The notes beneath the pieces are model-generated. The model was not told the origin of the DNA and did no database searches. It worked only from the letters and a program-made list of their open reading frames with translations. 64,000 nt of DNA from assembly GCF_009914755.1 (NCBI RefSeq), contig NC_060943.1, one strand, 5' to 3'. The position numbers were made by a program, and so were the translations under genes. This document shows, one piece after another, positions 25,733 to 42,180 of the stretch (its first letter is position 1; the number at the start of each line of letters is the position of its first letter). This stretch comes from the human T2T-CHM13v2.0 reference genome, Homo sapiens.

Positions 25733-26482
25733 CTAGATATTGCCACTGAAGAAGAGGCGGGATAAAGCCTGTTCCATGCCAAGCAACCCTGGCAGCAGAA
25801 TGGGATTGGATCCTGGTGTGGTGTAAAGAAGAAGCATTGAAAGTCTGCTACCAATGACAGTGAAGTTTGTGCCATGATGTCTGATTTTATCTTTACCATC
25901 TAGTTGACCTTTAGGTCCCCAAGTCACAATGTCTTCAGTTAACATAGATTGTTTTCTAGCCAGTGGGCCAAGACATTGGGTCCATGGAGCGGGGTAGGAA
26001 CTATTGAAGGGAATCCATTCCATATAGTCAACACAATTGGGGTGATTGGGCCGGGAATGGTTGGTTAGCACACCAGTTACATTAATAGAACTAAGACCTA
26101 ATAAGCACATGACTTTTCCATGGTGACTCAACCATGCTTGAGCTTGAATTGTAAGACAGCTACTACAGTTGAGCAATATCTTTGTAGTGATACACCAGGG
26201 GAGTCCTTCCAGTGGGGCCATATAATTGATGACATTGTTCTGAGAGTCTAACTGTTCTATGTCAGGAGGAGTTAGAGGTCCTGGAGCCCATGCTCCCTGA
26301 TCATGATAGATCTCAGGGGGAGTGCCACTCCAAAGTACAAGCCATACTACTAGGGGATTAGAAACATATGCCCAATATGTTTTTGCCTCTGCAGAGAGAA
26401 AACATACCACACAGGACATTATGGCTAACATGGCCAAGAACATGGATTCAGGGGTTTTTGCCTGGCCCTGACGCTCCAGCAT
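25733..26482 (-). pseudogene. HML-6 env signal peptide and SU fragment (249-codon open stretch). Rest of env is frameshifted down to about 24700.
   Basis: MFLAMLAIMSC.. signal peptide, YWAYV motif, downstream fusion-peptide ORF 25205-25444 and TM ORF 24932-25141. Confidence 0.85.
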
Positions 26483-27086
26483 TTTCTCAGCTTCCTGCGT
26501 GGTTTTCTTGAGTTGCCCTCAGGTTATGGAGTTTGATGTCCTCGTGACTCCGGTCAGCCTTTTCTCCATCTTCACACTCAGGCTCAGCTGGCTCATGGCC
26601 CATACCGGAGGGACCAGGCCCATGGTTGGCCGCCATGGATCCCTCCAGTCTCCTGTTCCATGGTTGCATGCACCTTGAGGACACCCAAATGGTTTGTCCA
26701 TCTCCTGTAAAAACACAAGCATACCCTCATCCCCATGTCAATAAGTCCACCAGGCCTTTCCATTGTCCTTCCAGGGATTTCCATAACACTTTCAGAAGAA
26801 CTTTCCTCTTTTTCTCTAACACTTGCCAATGTCTTTCTGCTGGAGTCTTACCACCAATACCAGGAGTCAAAAAATTTAAAGTAAATAGGGCTAAGTGTAG
26901 TTTTGTTTGAGGTAGTAGCTGGTCTGCTATTCCCTCTTTCTGTTTTTTCAACATGCATTGTAATGTTTGATGTGCCTACTCTATAATTCCTTGTCCTCAA
27001 GGGTTGTAAGCAATTCCTGTTTTGTGAGTAATAGCTCAAAGCTGTAGGAAATTTTGAAAAGCATTACTAGTATAAGCAGGTCCATT

Positions 27087-27432
27087 TGCCAAGACCAGCT
27101 CGGTCAGGGAGACACTAATCCAGCGGTGCTAGAGGAATTAAAGGCACACACACAGAAATATAGAGGTGTGGAGCAGGAAATCAGGGATCTCACAGCCTTC
27201 AGAGCTGAGAACCTCGAACAGAGATTTACCCACATATTTATTAACAGCAAGCCAGTGATAAGCATTGTTTCTATAGATTATAGATTAACTAAAAGTATTC
27301 CTTATGGGAAACAAAGGGATGGGCTGAAATAAAGGGATGGGTCTCACTAGTTATCTGCAGCAGGAGCATGTCCTTAATGCACAGATTTTTCATTCTATTG
27401 TTTGTGGTTTAAGAACACCTTTATGTGGTTTT
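27087..27432 (-). mobile_element. Truncated MER9 (HML-3) LTR nested in HML-6 pol
   Basis: TGCCAAGACCAGCTCGGTCAGGGAGAC is the reverse complement of the MER9 3' end. The other end is missing. Confidence 0.82.
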
Positions 27433-30400
27433 AATTGGTAGCAACCAATTAATGTCCCCTAACAATTGTCAAAAATCATTTAAAGTCTGTAACCTGTCTT
27501 TACAGAGAACCATTTTCTGAGGCCGTACACTCCTCTCCATAACAATAGTTCCTAAGTAATGGTATGGGGAAGTTGTTTGCACTTTCTCTGGAGCAATTTT
27601 GAGCTTCCATTTAACAAGAGCTTGCTTTACTTCTCTCAATAATTGATGCAATATTTGATCTGTAGGTGCAACCAAAAGAATATCATCCATGTAATGAATG
27701 ATATATGCAGTGGGAAACATATTTTGAGGCTCTTTTAATGCTCTTTGCACAAAATGCTGACATAATTTGGTACTGTTAAGCACGTCTTGAGGTAAAACTC
27801 TCCATTAATAATGAGAAACAGGTTCTTTTTTTATTAATAGAAGGCACAGAGAAGGCGAATCAAGGCTTATCTTTCTCATGTAATAGTATAGTAAAGAAAC
27901 AATCTTTAAGATCTGTTACTACAAGAGGCCAGTCCCTTGGGATGGCTGCAGGGATGGCAGACCTTGCTGTAATGCACCCATTGGTTTAATCTGTGCATTA
28001 GTAGCTCCCAAATCATGTAGCAATCACCATTTCCCTGACTTCTTTGGAATTACAAATACTGGTGTATTCCAGAAGCTAACTGACTCTTCAATATGTCACG
28101 CATCTAATTGCTCTTTTACTAGCTGATGGAGTTGAGCTAGTTTCTCCTGTGATAGGGGCCATTGATCCACCCACACAGGTTTGTCAGTCAGCCATTCTAG
28201 CAACAAAGCAGTGGGGAGAGGAGAAATATTAATGACTCCAATCATAAATCCTGATGTCCCTATCTTTTTCTGTCTTTCCAGTTATTGATATCAGGTTAGG
28301 GTTTCCTTGTAGGAATTTTTCTAAACCTTTCCCATTCTGATATCCCATGTCTTTCAACATTTTAAATCCTGGGTTATCAACGTGTTCATTTGTAGGTCAC
28401 ATATCCCAAGCTGTAAGTAAGTCTCGACCCCATAAATTGATAGCTATATTTGCAACATAAGGCTGGAAAGTACATGATTGTCCATCCGGACCAAGACAAG
28501 GTAAAATCTCAGCACTCTGTTGAATGCTTTGAGCAGCTCCTATTCCCACTAGGGATGTGGAGGTTCATCTGAGGGGCCAAGATGGAGGCCAATCCTTACT
28601 AGATATTACTGACACATCAGCTCCTGTGTCTACAAGCTCATAAAATTTTTTTCCTTTAATTTGCACTACACAGGTGGGTCTATTAGAGGCTATGGGTTGT
28701 GATAAATAGATTTCTCATGCAGTTGTGCTCTCAAATCCTTTATTTCCTCATTTCTCCTTTCATGGAGAAGGGTGTAATTTGCAGGGGATAGGCAATAATT
28801 GCACTATATATGCACCTGGTTCAAAAACCCAAAGATCTTGTGACATTAAAACTACTTTAATTTCTCCTTCATAATCAGAGTCAGCTACTCTGGGGACTAC
28901 ATTGATGCCTTGCAAGTTAAGGCAGCTTTGCCTAAAATTAGTCCCATGTATCCTGCTGGTATATGTCCCCAAATGCCAGGGGGGACTTTGGTAGGTTTGT
29001 CTCCTCCAATTAGTGTAATTCTTTCTCTGGCGGAGAGATCTAATCCTGCACTTCCTGGTGTTCCTGGGGAAAGGGAATCAATATTTGTCCTGGGACCCAC
29101 CCCTGAAGTGGGGTTGTGGTCTGAACTGGGAATGCCCTCATTGTTTGAGGGGCCCAGGTCCAGGCCCCCTTATCGTTTCCCAACAGGTGGGGTGCCATTC
29201 TGATGAAATTTTGAGTGGCATTGATTAGCCCAGTGATTTCCTTTGTCACAGCGAGGACAGAGTCCTGGCATTTTTTCTGCTGGAAAGGACACCACATTGT
29301 AAAGTCCTTTCTTTTCTGAGATCTGGTGGCATTCCTTTTTAAAACTTCCAGTTTTTCCACAATTTTAACATTTTCCCACTTTGGGGTTTGACCCTTGGCT
29401 CCCTTTAGATTTGTCAACTACTAAACTAGCCATTGCTTGAGCTAACATTGTAGAATGATGATTCAGTTCCTACACCCTGAAAGGCTTTAAGGTAATTCCC
29501 CAAGCTCTTTGTGGATCTCAGAGCAGCCATTGCATGCTTGCAATCTGCATTTTCATTTTCATAGGCTAGAGTTATGGTAAGCATTTCTGTAGCAGAGGCC
29601 TGAGGGACCTGATGCTGCACTGCCTCTTGCAGCCACGTGATAAATTGTCCATAAGGTTCCCATGATCCCTGCATGACAAGTAGAAAAGACTGCACTGGAA
29701 CTCCCTCTTCAGGAATTGTGCTCCAAGCATGCTTAGCGGCTAAGGCAGACTGGAGGTAAGCGGTCTCTGGGAGTGTTAATTGTTGTACCAGATCTGAAAA
29801 GGGGTCACAGCCTGTCAGCATTTTCTCTGTAGTGTTTCCTTGACCAGAGGCATGATTCTGCCCAGCCTGGTCTGTGCACATTTCTTGTCAATTTAAACTC
29901 CATGCGAGATATGCACTGACAGATAAGCAAGTGCGAGCCAAATGTTTTATATCAAAGGGTGGGAGGCGCATGGCTCCAAACACTGATACTAACAGCCTTA
30001 TAGTAAACAGGCTTTGCAACCCATTATTAACCACACTAGCTTTTAATTCTTCTAGTAATTTAAACTCTACAGGACTGTGCTCATGTAAAAGATGTTGCAG
30101 ATCATTCGGATCAGGCCTTACAGTAATAGGAAAACTGCAAGGTCCTAAAGGTTCCCCAGCCGTAGCAGCAGCACACAAAATTTTTTGTACATGGGTTTCT
30201 ACTTCTGTTACTGGATGGGGTGGCAGAGGTCAATTCTCCTCTCCTATTTCCTGCTTAGCAAACAGCCAATTCTCCTCCCCTTTCTCCTGCTCATTATTTT
30301 CAATAGGCACTGTCAGAGAAACAAATGATGTTTTTAATTCTTGAGACTCAGAACCTGACTCCTGTTGTCTGACAGAATAAGAAGACAATGGCAGTAGGAC

Positions 30401-30810
30401 CATGTGAACCAAAACCCAAGCAGAAAAAACAGAAGGGTCTACTTTGAGACATTTTGATGAGCCCATTTCAATCCCTCTTCTACTTTGTCCCAATTTTCTA
30501 CATTGAGAGTGCCTGCCTGCAGAAACAATGGGTTATGTGTCATAACCTCCTGCAGAAGCCTAGTTAATGTCTGTGAATTAACTTGAGCTCCAGGCTGTTT
30601 CAACAGAACTTTAAGCAATTGCACATAATGTTTTTCTTCAACAGACAAATTCTGCCCCATGTTACCCTGATTCAGAACTTCCCATTCCCAGCACTTCTTT
30701 AGAGCACTGACCTTATACTCCCTGCTGGCAGATTTGTCCCTAGGTCCTCGTTCATCTTGTTAGCTTCACTTCCTCTGCTCCAGCAGACCTTCTTCATTCA
30801 CGTCCTTGAA

Positions 30811-30829
30811 GTCCCTGTTCATGATGCCA
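30811..30829 (-). other. Primer-binding site, tRNA-Lys type (TGGCATCATGAACAGGGAC)
   Basis: Lies 3 nt inside the 5' LTR end. The GAACAGGGAC 3' part matches the tRNA-Lys3 PBS. Confidence 0.85.
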
Positions 30830-30832
30830 CTT

Positions 30833-31260
30833 TGCCACAGACCCTGGTGGACTGAACAAAGGGGGACAAACAGAAATAAAGACAAAAACAAAAATATCTG
30901 TTTTAAAAGAAGGGGTTGGGGGCTCCTTGCTTCTAGTGAACAAGGGCCCTGAGCTTCTAGAGCCCTTCATATTTATTGAGTAAAGGAAATAGGGAGGAGG
31001 GGGTGATTGTCAGTCAGTTGCTTGATTTAGTGCAGGTCTCCATGACTGCTTTCTTTGAACAGTAGGCTCCAGATATTCCAGTAGATAACCTCAAGGAGCA
31101 CAGCACCAGGGAGCGATTGCCCTAGGCATAACTTCTGGTGGCAGGCGCAGATGTGAGTTTGCCCACATGCTGCATTTATGATAAACAGTTTGCTGTTTGA
31201 TCATATAGCCTCCAGTGGAATGCTGAGTTGGTCACAACCCTCAGGCTTTCAGCTCCCCAA
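30833..31260 (-). mobile_element. HML-6 5' LTR (LTR3)
   Basis: Direct repeat of 24228-24659, followed on the minus strand by the PBS. Confidence 0.92.
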
Positions 31261-31297
31261 ATTTTTCACTATAGAGAATTCCTTTATGTAAGGAATT

Positions 31298-31500
31298 ACT
31301 TCTTTCAGCACTCTTTGTCTTTGCTATTTGACATTTTGATGATAATGTGACTCACTGTGGGCCTCTCTGAGTTTCTCTTACTTGGAGTTTGCTGAGCTTC
31401 TTGGATTTAGAGATTCATGCCTTTCGTCAAATTTGGAAAGTTTTACCCATTATTTCTTCACATTTTAATTCTTCCCCTTTATTTGTCTGTTATCTTTCTC
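31298..31500. repeat. About 200-bp direct copy of L1 sequence also at 23382-23760
   Basis: ACTTCTTTCAGCACTCTTTGTCTTTGC...TGTTATCTTTCT in both places. The left copy carries a partial Alu with TSD CTGAGTTTCTCTT. Confidence 0.9.
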
Positions 31501-31561
31501 CAATGGCTTCTCACTAGACAAGGTTATCCCACACAATGACACTTTTCTGCCTGGGGCTCAC

Positions 31562-31654
31562 CTGTACAGGTGACTTGAAGGATTCCTCTCTTCTCTGACC
31601 TCACCATTTTGTGCTACACCTTCTTAATCATACTACATTTGCAGAGCTGATACC
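31562..31654 (-). pseudogene. Dead KRAB-B exon (GYQLCKCSMIKKV*HKMVRSEKRGILQVTCT)
   Basis: CAG|GG TAT CAG ... ACAG|GTGAG, 93 nt, phase 1/1, about 410 bp downstream of the KRAB-A relic, in-frame TAG. Confidence 0.78.
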
Positions 31655-32067
31655 CTGCTCATGGGACAAGACACAGGATGTGGGAGTCATGAGTAGGAGA
31701 CAAGAACTTTGCATAAAAAGAATTCTAACACTTTGGATTTAAAGCGTTCTGAAGATAGACAAGTCCAATTTTAGAAACAGCAAAATAATAAGAGTAGAAA
31801 ATTTTCACAAGGACTCAAAAGCAAATACCCTCACTCACTACCCCATATAGAACTAATCCTTGAAAACCATAACAGAGAAAATGAAATCCGTGCAATGAAC
31901 AGATTTTTATTTTCCTGGGAAGTCACTAGACTGCCTCACAAGGACAGGAACCATCCATTTTGTGTTCACCACTAACTTGCCATTATTATGGCAAATCTTG
32001 GAACACAAGACATGCTTAAGAACAACTATTTGCTGCATTATGAAAGAAGGAACAAGGCCAGCCTGCT

Positions 32068-32194
32068 CCATCAAGGTTAAGTTTCTAAAGTTCTCCAGCA
32101 ACATGTCTCTGTACAGGTTTTCCCAAACAAAGTCCAGTAATACCCACTCCTCCAACAATAAGTCTACTGCCATTTACTTGAAGGTCAAGGAGTT
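32068..32194 (-). pseudogene. Dead KRAB-A exon (NSLTFK*MAVDLLLEEWVLLDFVWENLYRDMLLENFRNLTLM)
   Basis: 127 nt, intact TTTTAG acceptor, in-frame TAA, GT donor lost. Confidence 0.88.
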
Positions 32195-32477
32195 CTAAAA
32201 CATCACTCATATATTCTGGCTCAGGCAATGAGCATCTTCAAGAATGTACCAGGATGGATATCGCAGGAGGATGATGGATGGGCTGGTAGCACTAGGGAAG
32301 GAGACTCAAAACAGGAATTCAGACATGTTCTTGAGGCCACTTATTATCTGCCCCATGACTAACTTCTCTCCTCTTTTACCCACAGACACTGAACCACCTT
32401 CTAGATAGAAGCTTTAATGGCTTCACTAGCATATAGTTGACCTGATTTTTCCAGTATGTTGTAAAAACTCATCCAGT

Positions 32478-34212
<1,735 letters not shown>

Positions 34213-34258
34213 CCATCATCTCTATTTTTTTTTATTTTTTTTTTAAAGAAGAAATGCG

Positions 34259-36380
34259 ACCGCTGAGACTGCATCTATCCCGCGAGCACAAAGCCTTGCC
34301 CTGGCCACTCTGCCGCCTATACACGCCCGCTGTCAGCTCACCATGGATGATGATATTGAGGTGCTTGTAGTTAACAATGGCTCCGGCATGTGCAAGGTCA
34401 ACTTCGTGGGCGACAATGCCCCCCGGGCCATCTTCCCCTCCATCGTGGGGCATCTGAAGCACCAGGGCGTTATGGTGGGCATCGGTCAGAAGGACTCCTA
34501 CGTGGGTGAAGATGCCCAGAGCAAGAGAGGCAACCTGACCCTGAAATACCCCATCGAGCAGAGCATTGTCACCAACTGGGATGACATTGAGAAGATCTGG
34601 CACCACACCTTTTTTTTTTTTTTTTTTTTTTTGAGACGGAGTCTCGCTCTGTTGCTCAGGCTGGAGGGCAGTGGCGCAATCTCGGCTCACTGCATGCTCC
34701 ACCTCCCGGGCTTATGCCATTCTCCTGCCTCAGCCTCCTGAGTAGCTGGGACTACAGGCACCCGCCACCACACCCGACTCATTTTTTGTATTTTTAGTAG
34801 AGATGGGGATTCACTGTCTTAGCCAGGATGGTCTCGATCTCCTCACCTAGTGATCCACCCACCTCGGCCTCCCAAAGTGCTGGGATTACAGGCATGAGCC
34901 TCTGTGCTCAGCCTGGCACGACACCTTCTACAATGAGCTGCATGTTTCTCCCAAGGAGCACCCGGTGCTGCTGACCGAGGCCCCCTTGAACCCCAAGGCC
35001 AGCCATGAGAAGATGACCCAGATCATGTCTGAGACCTTCAACTCCCCATCCATGTATATAGCCATCCAGGCTCTGCTGTCCCTGCACGTGGCCTCCAGCT
35101 TCTCCCTGAAGAAGAGATTCCAGCTGCCTGACAGCCAGGTCATCACCATCAGCAACGAGCGGTCCCCGCTGTCCCATGGCACTTTTCCAGCCTTCCTTCC
35201 TGGACATGGAATCCTGTGGCATCCATGAAACTACCCTCAACTCCATCATGAAATGTGACATTGACATCTGCAAAGACCTGGATGCCAACCCAGTGCTGTC
35301 CAGTGACACCACCATGTACGCTGGTATTGCTGACAGGATGGAGGAGGAGATCACCACCATGGCTCCCAGCATGAAGAAGATCAACATCATTGCTCCTCCT
35401 GAGCACAAATATTCTGTATGGATCAGTGGCTCCATCTTGGTCTCGCTGTCCCCCTTCCAGCAGATGTGGATCAGCAAGCAGGAATACGAGGAGTCCGGCC
35501 TCAGTATTGTCCACCCTACCACAAATACTTCTAGGCGGACGGTGACTTACATTATAACCTTTCTTGACAAAAACCTAATTTATGCAGAAAATAAGATTGG
35601 TTTTTTTTTTTTTTTTTGGCTTAAGATTTAAAACCTGGAATGGTGAAGGTGACAGCAGTTAGTTGGAGCGAAGAATCCCAAACGTTCTACAATGTGGCTG
35701 AGGACTTTGATTATACATTGTTCTTTTTTTAAATAGTCATTCCAAATATCGGGAGGTGCATTCTCTTTTTTGTTTTTTTGAGACAGAGTCTCACTCAGTC
35801 GCCCAGACTGGAGTGCAGTGGTGCAAATTGGCACAGTGCAACCTCCGCCTCCCAGGTTCAAGCGATTCTTCTGCCTCAGCCTCCCAAGTAGCTGGGATTA
35901 CAGGTGCACCATCACACCCAGCTAATTTTTGTATTTTTAGTAGAGATGGGGTTTAACCATATTGGCAAGGATGGTCTCGAACTCCTGACCTCATGATCCA
36001 CCTGCCTCAGCCTCCCGTGCTGGCATTACAGGCGTGAGCCACCTCGCCCGGCTGGGAGGTGCATTCTTACTGGAAGTCCCTTGCCCTCCCAAAAGCCACC
36101 CCATTTCTAAGGAGAATGCCCAGTCCTCTCCCAAGTTCACATGGGGTGGTGATAGCATTGCTTTTGTGTAAATTATATAAAATTTTTTAAATCTTTGCCT
36201 TTGTATTTTTAATTTTGAATGATCAGCCATCATGTCCCCCCATTTTTGTCCCCCAACTTGAGATGTATAAAGGCTGTTGGTCTCCCTAGGGGTGGGTGGA
36301 GGAATGGAGGCAGCCAGGGCTTACCTGTACACTGACTTGACAGCAGTTGAATGAAAGTGCACACCTTAAAAAAAAAAAAA
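34259..36380 (+). pseudogene. ACTB (beta-actin) processed pseudogene with an internal deletion and two Alu insertions
   Basis: ACTB-like 5' UTR (ACCGCTGAGAC...CAGCTCACCATG), MDDDI start at 34343, intronless, ACTB-type 3' UTR ending AAAGTGCACACCTT plus poly(A), frameshifts. Confidence 0.95.
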
Positions 36381-37127
36381 GGAAAGAAAAGAAATTCCAT
36401 GTAGACCCATGGTATGACCAATTATCAATGACACTAGAGAGGACTATCTAAAAGCATCTATTAATAATCCCTCATGACAGCCAGGTGAGGTGGCAGAGGT
36501 TGCAGTGAGCAGAGGTTGCACCCCTGGACTCCAGCCTGAGTGACAGAGGGAGACTCCATCTCAAAGCAAAACCAAAAAATCCCCAAGTTTTGCAGAATCT
36601 GGATTTTATGGAAAAAAAAAGAAAAAACAAAAACAAAAAAACTTATCTTGGCAGTTAAACACACGCTCACTGTTAAATGAACATATAATGCAAATGAGAA
36701 AGTGTTTACAACTGCAGTCATGAAGAAAGTGCTAATTTATAAAATGTGCATAACAGAACAAGTAATATATTCAGAAACTCTTTCAAAAACAAATTTAATC
36801 ACATAAAACCACCACAGAAAACTAAGGGGCCACACGTCTTATCTGAGAATAGGACAAACAGAAAGACAATTTCATCTTCATGTCATTTATTTGAATGTAT
36901 CCCCAAAATGAATTATCTTATTTGCAACAAGAGTGATACAGAAAGGCTTCCAGAGCTGGGCAGGGTGGGTCATGCCTGTAATCCCAGCACTTTGGGAGGC
37001 TGAGGTGGGTGGATCACCTGAGGTTGGGAGTTCGAGACCAGCCTGACCAACATGGAGAAACCCCGCCTCTACTAAAAATACAAAAAAATTAGCCGGGCGT
37101 GGTGGCGCATGCCTGTAATCCTACTCA

Positions 37128-37238
<111 letters not shown>

Positions 37239-37663
37239 TCAGCTTTCAGCTTATTCCAATCATGACTGAAGAGGCCCAGCCAGAAAATAAGGGTCCCCTT
37301 GAGCCAGCAGCTTAGCTTCAGGTGGAGAAATGCATGATAAAATTATGATAAAGTTTTTCCAAAAGATGTAGCTGCCAATAGGTAAAGCCACAAGGCTGCT
37401 AATGTCAGGCTGCTGCACTCATTCCGTTTCCATTTCTATGTGACCAGCGAAGCTTACTGGGACATTCCCTTGCTGGTCACTGAATTCTTTGGAGATGTCA
37501 AGCATTCAGTTTCAGAAAGAGATTAGTACTACGTCCCTATCTGATCTTTTTTTTTTTTTTAAGAGGCAGAGTCTTGCTATGTTGCCCCAGGCTGGTTGTG
37601 AACTCCTGGGTTCAGGTGATCCTCCTGTCTTGGCCTCCCAAAGTGCGGAGATTACAGGCATGA

Positions 37664-37822
<159 letters not shown>

Positions 37823-37883
37823 TGAGTAGCTGGGATTACACATCCCCACCATCATGCCTGGCTAATTTTTCTATTTTTAGTAG

Positions 37884-38120
<237 letters not shown>

Positions 38121-38328
38121 TGACCTTTTAAAGAAGGGACATGCTTGGTGGCTCCGTCAGGCAGATATTATGGCGTGTGAAATATCTAAGGGTTGTATCC
38201 CACTTTTCCCCTTCCCATGGCTTCACAGCAATTTACAATGCACAAAAGAAGCCTTATGAATGAACAAAGGTGATTCCACTTGATTTACAAGCAGGTTTCT
38301 CTCCACTGAGTTTCTACACCTTCTATAA

Positions 38329-38864
<536 letters not shown>

Positions 38865-38995
38865 TAGATTCACTGAAATGGTCTCCTGTGTGATTTCTTA
38901 CATTTAGCAGACCAAAGATTGAAAAGAGGCCAGGTGTGGTGGCTCATGCCTGTAATCCCAGCACTTTGGGAAGCCAAGGTGGGCAGATCACTTCA

Positions 38996-39253
<258 letters not shown>

Positions 39254-39364
39254 CACAGACAGAAAACATTTCATTCCTTACATTCATAAGGTTTCTTTCC
39301 ATTGTAACTCTGAACATGAATATTAAAGACTATGGAATATCTAAAGGTTTTCTCACATTCTTTA

Positions 39365-39780
39365 CTGTATTATTTTGATAGAGTTGACCAAAAAAAGGAA
39401 CCCCACACATTGAATGGCTTAAACAACAGAAATTTATTTGCTCATAATTTTTGAGGCTGGAAGTCCAGGATCAAAGTGTAGATAAGGATGATTTCCTCTA
39501 TAATGAGCCTTAAAAGAAGGATCTCCTCCAGGAATCTCTCTTTGCCTTGAAGGTAACCATTTCCGGTCACTTCACATAAAATTCTGTGCCTGCTACCCTG
39601 GTATCTCTTTCACTTCTTATAAGGAAACCAGTCATATTGAATGAGGGCCCCATTCTAACTGCCTCATTTTAAAATCACCTCTTTAAAAAACCACATCTCT
39701 AAATACCACCATTATCTTGAGGTCCCAGGGATGAAAGCCTTAATGTTAATGAGTGGATGGGACATGTGACATAATCTAAA
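39365..39780 (-). mobile_element. MLT1 (MaLR) LTR in fossil finger block 2
   Basis: GGCTTAAACAACAGAAATTTATTTGCTCA..GAGGCTGGAAGTCCAGGATCAA signature. Minus-strand AATAAA at 39433-39438. Confidence 0.85.
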
Positions 39781-39781
39781 T

Positions 39782-40107
39782 CAGTGGTCCCCTAACTTTT
39801 TGGCACCAGGGACCAGTTTCGTGGAAGACATTTTTCCCACGGACTGGAGTTGGGGATTAAACTGTTCCAGTTCAGATCATCAGGCATTAGATTCTCATAA
39901 GGAGTGTGCAACCTAGATCCCTTGCATGTGCAGTTCACAATAAAGTTCATGCTCCTATGAGAATCTAATGCCACTGCTGATCTGACAGAAAGTTGAGCTC
40001 AGGCAGTAATGTTTGCTCATCCTACATTCACCTCCTGCTGTGCACCCTGGATCCTAGCAGGCCACAGACCAGTACCAGTCCATGGCCCAGGGGTTTGGGG
40101 ATCCCTG
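39782..40107. mobile_element. MER1 (MER1B-like) MITE
   Basis: CAGTGGTCCCC...GGGGATCCCTG terminal inverted repeats, TTTTTGGCACCAGGGACCAG core. Confidence 0.85.
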
Positions 40108-40812
40108 ACCTAGGCCATTCCACTTATTATAGTCATCAAGTTATTCTCCAGCATACATTGCATATGAATATTAAAGCTTGTGGAACATAAAAGGGTTTTC
40201 CCACAATCCTTGAATTCATAGTTTCTCTCCAGTTTGTGTTCTAAAATGTTTATCAAGGACTAAGTGGCAGGCAAGGGCTTTCCCACATTCCTTACATCAA
40301 TATGGCTTCTCTCCACTGGGAATCCTGACATACACTTTAAGGCTTGAGAAATAAGTGAAGATTTTCCCACATTCCGTATAAACATAGGTTTTCTCCTAGT
40401 GGGAGTTTTGTGGTATCAGTCCTATGGATTAAATGAAGCCTTTCCCATATTTTCCATTTACATAGGGTTTCCTGCCACTGTGAATTCTTACAAGTTCATT
40501 ATGACCTGAGATAATAAAGAAGTGGTTCCAGATTCCCAACTCTCACAGCATTTTTCTACAATGTGACTGTTCACATCTTTCATGTAAATGGGAACAACAG
40601 AGAGCTTTACCACAATTCTAACATTGATAAGATTTCTCTCCAGTGTGAGTTCTTTAATGACATGGAAAGGGACTGTAAGAATTGAAGAACTGGCTGGGCG
40701 TGATGGCTCATGCCTGTAATCTCAGCACTTTGGGAGGTCAAACCAGGCAGATCACTGGAGGTCAGGAGTTCGAGACCAGCCTGATCAACATGGAGAATCC
40801 CTGCCTTCACTA

Positions 40813-40971
<159 letters not shown>

Positions 40972-40973
40972 TC

Positions 40974-41004
<31 letters not shown>

Positions 41005-41161
41005 CAAGAATTTATCATACTACTTATATTCACAGGGTTTCTTTACCATGTGAGTTCATATACTTGAAATGAATTTAAATAACTAGGTTTTTCAACATTG
41101 CTTTACATTTTCAGGGTTTTTCTTCAGTGAGTTTGTATGTGGATATTAAAAAGGAAGGATT

Positions 41162-41552
<391 letters not shown>

Positions 41553-41653
41553 TCACACATTCAATAAGGTTTGAGTAACTAGTGATGGCTTCTCTATATT
41601 CCTTACATTCATAGGGCTCTGTCCACCATGAGTTCATGTTTAAGAAAGGCTGA

Positions 41654-41917
<264 letters not shown>

Positions 41918-42180
41918 TGATCCACCCACCTCTGCCTCCCAAAGTGCTGGGATTACAGGGTTGAGCCACTGCGCCTAGCCTTTTATTTATTTATTTATTT
42001 TTTTGAGACAGTGTCTCACTGTTTCCCAGGCTGGAGTGCAGTATCACAATCTCGGCTCACTGTGACCTCCACCTCCTGGATTCAAGCAATTCAGGCTGGT
42101 CATGAACTCCCAACCTCAGGTGATCCACCTGCCTTGGCCTCCCAAAGTGCTGGTATTACAGGCATAAGCCACCACACCTG

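Larger units (their letters stand above)
24228..31260 (-). mobile_element. HERV-K(HML-6) provirus (LTR3-type LTRs), defective gag-dut/pro-pol-env
   Basis: Two about 430-bp direct LTRs, Lys-type PBS, polypurine tract AGAAAGGGGGAGA, Gag MGQNLS.., dUTPase GSAGLDL, protease VDTGAD, RT YMDD, IN NGPAY, Env SU/TM fragments. Confidence 0.93.

Noticed and set aside
24221-31267. Exact target-site duplication for the HML-6 provirus
   Set aside because: Flanks (ATCTTC versus ATTTTTC) are only partly similar and the LTR end is mutated, so no exact TSD is claimed.
34908-35522. 204-aa minus-strand ORF
   Set aside because: Antisense shadow of the actin pseudogene.
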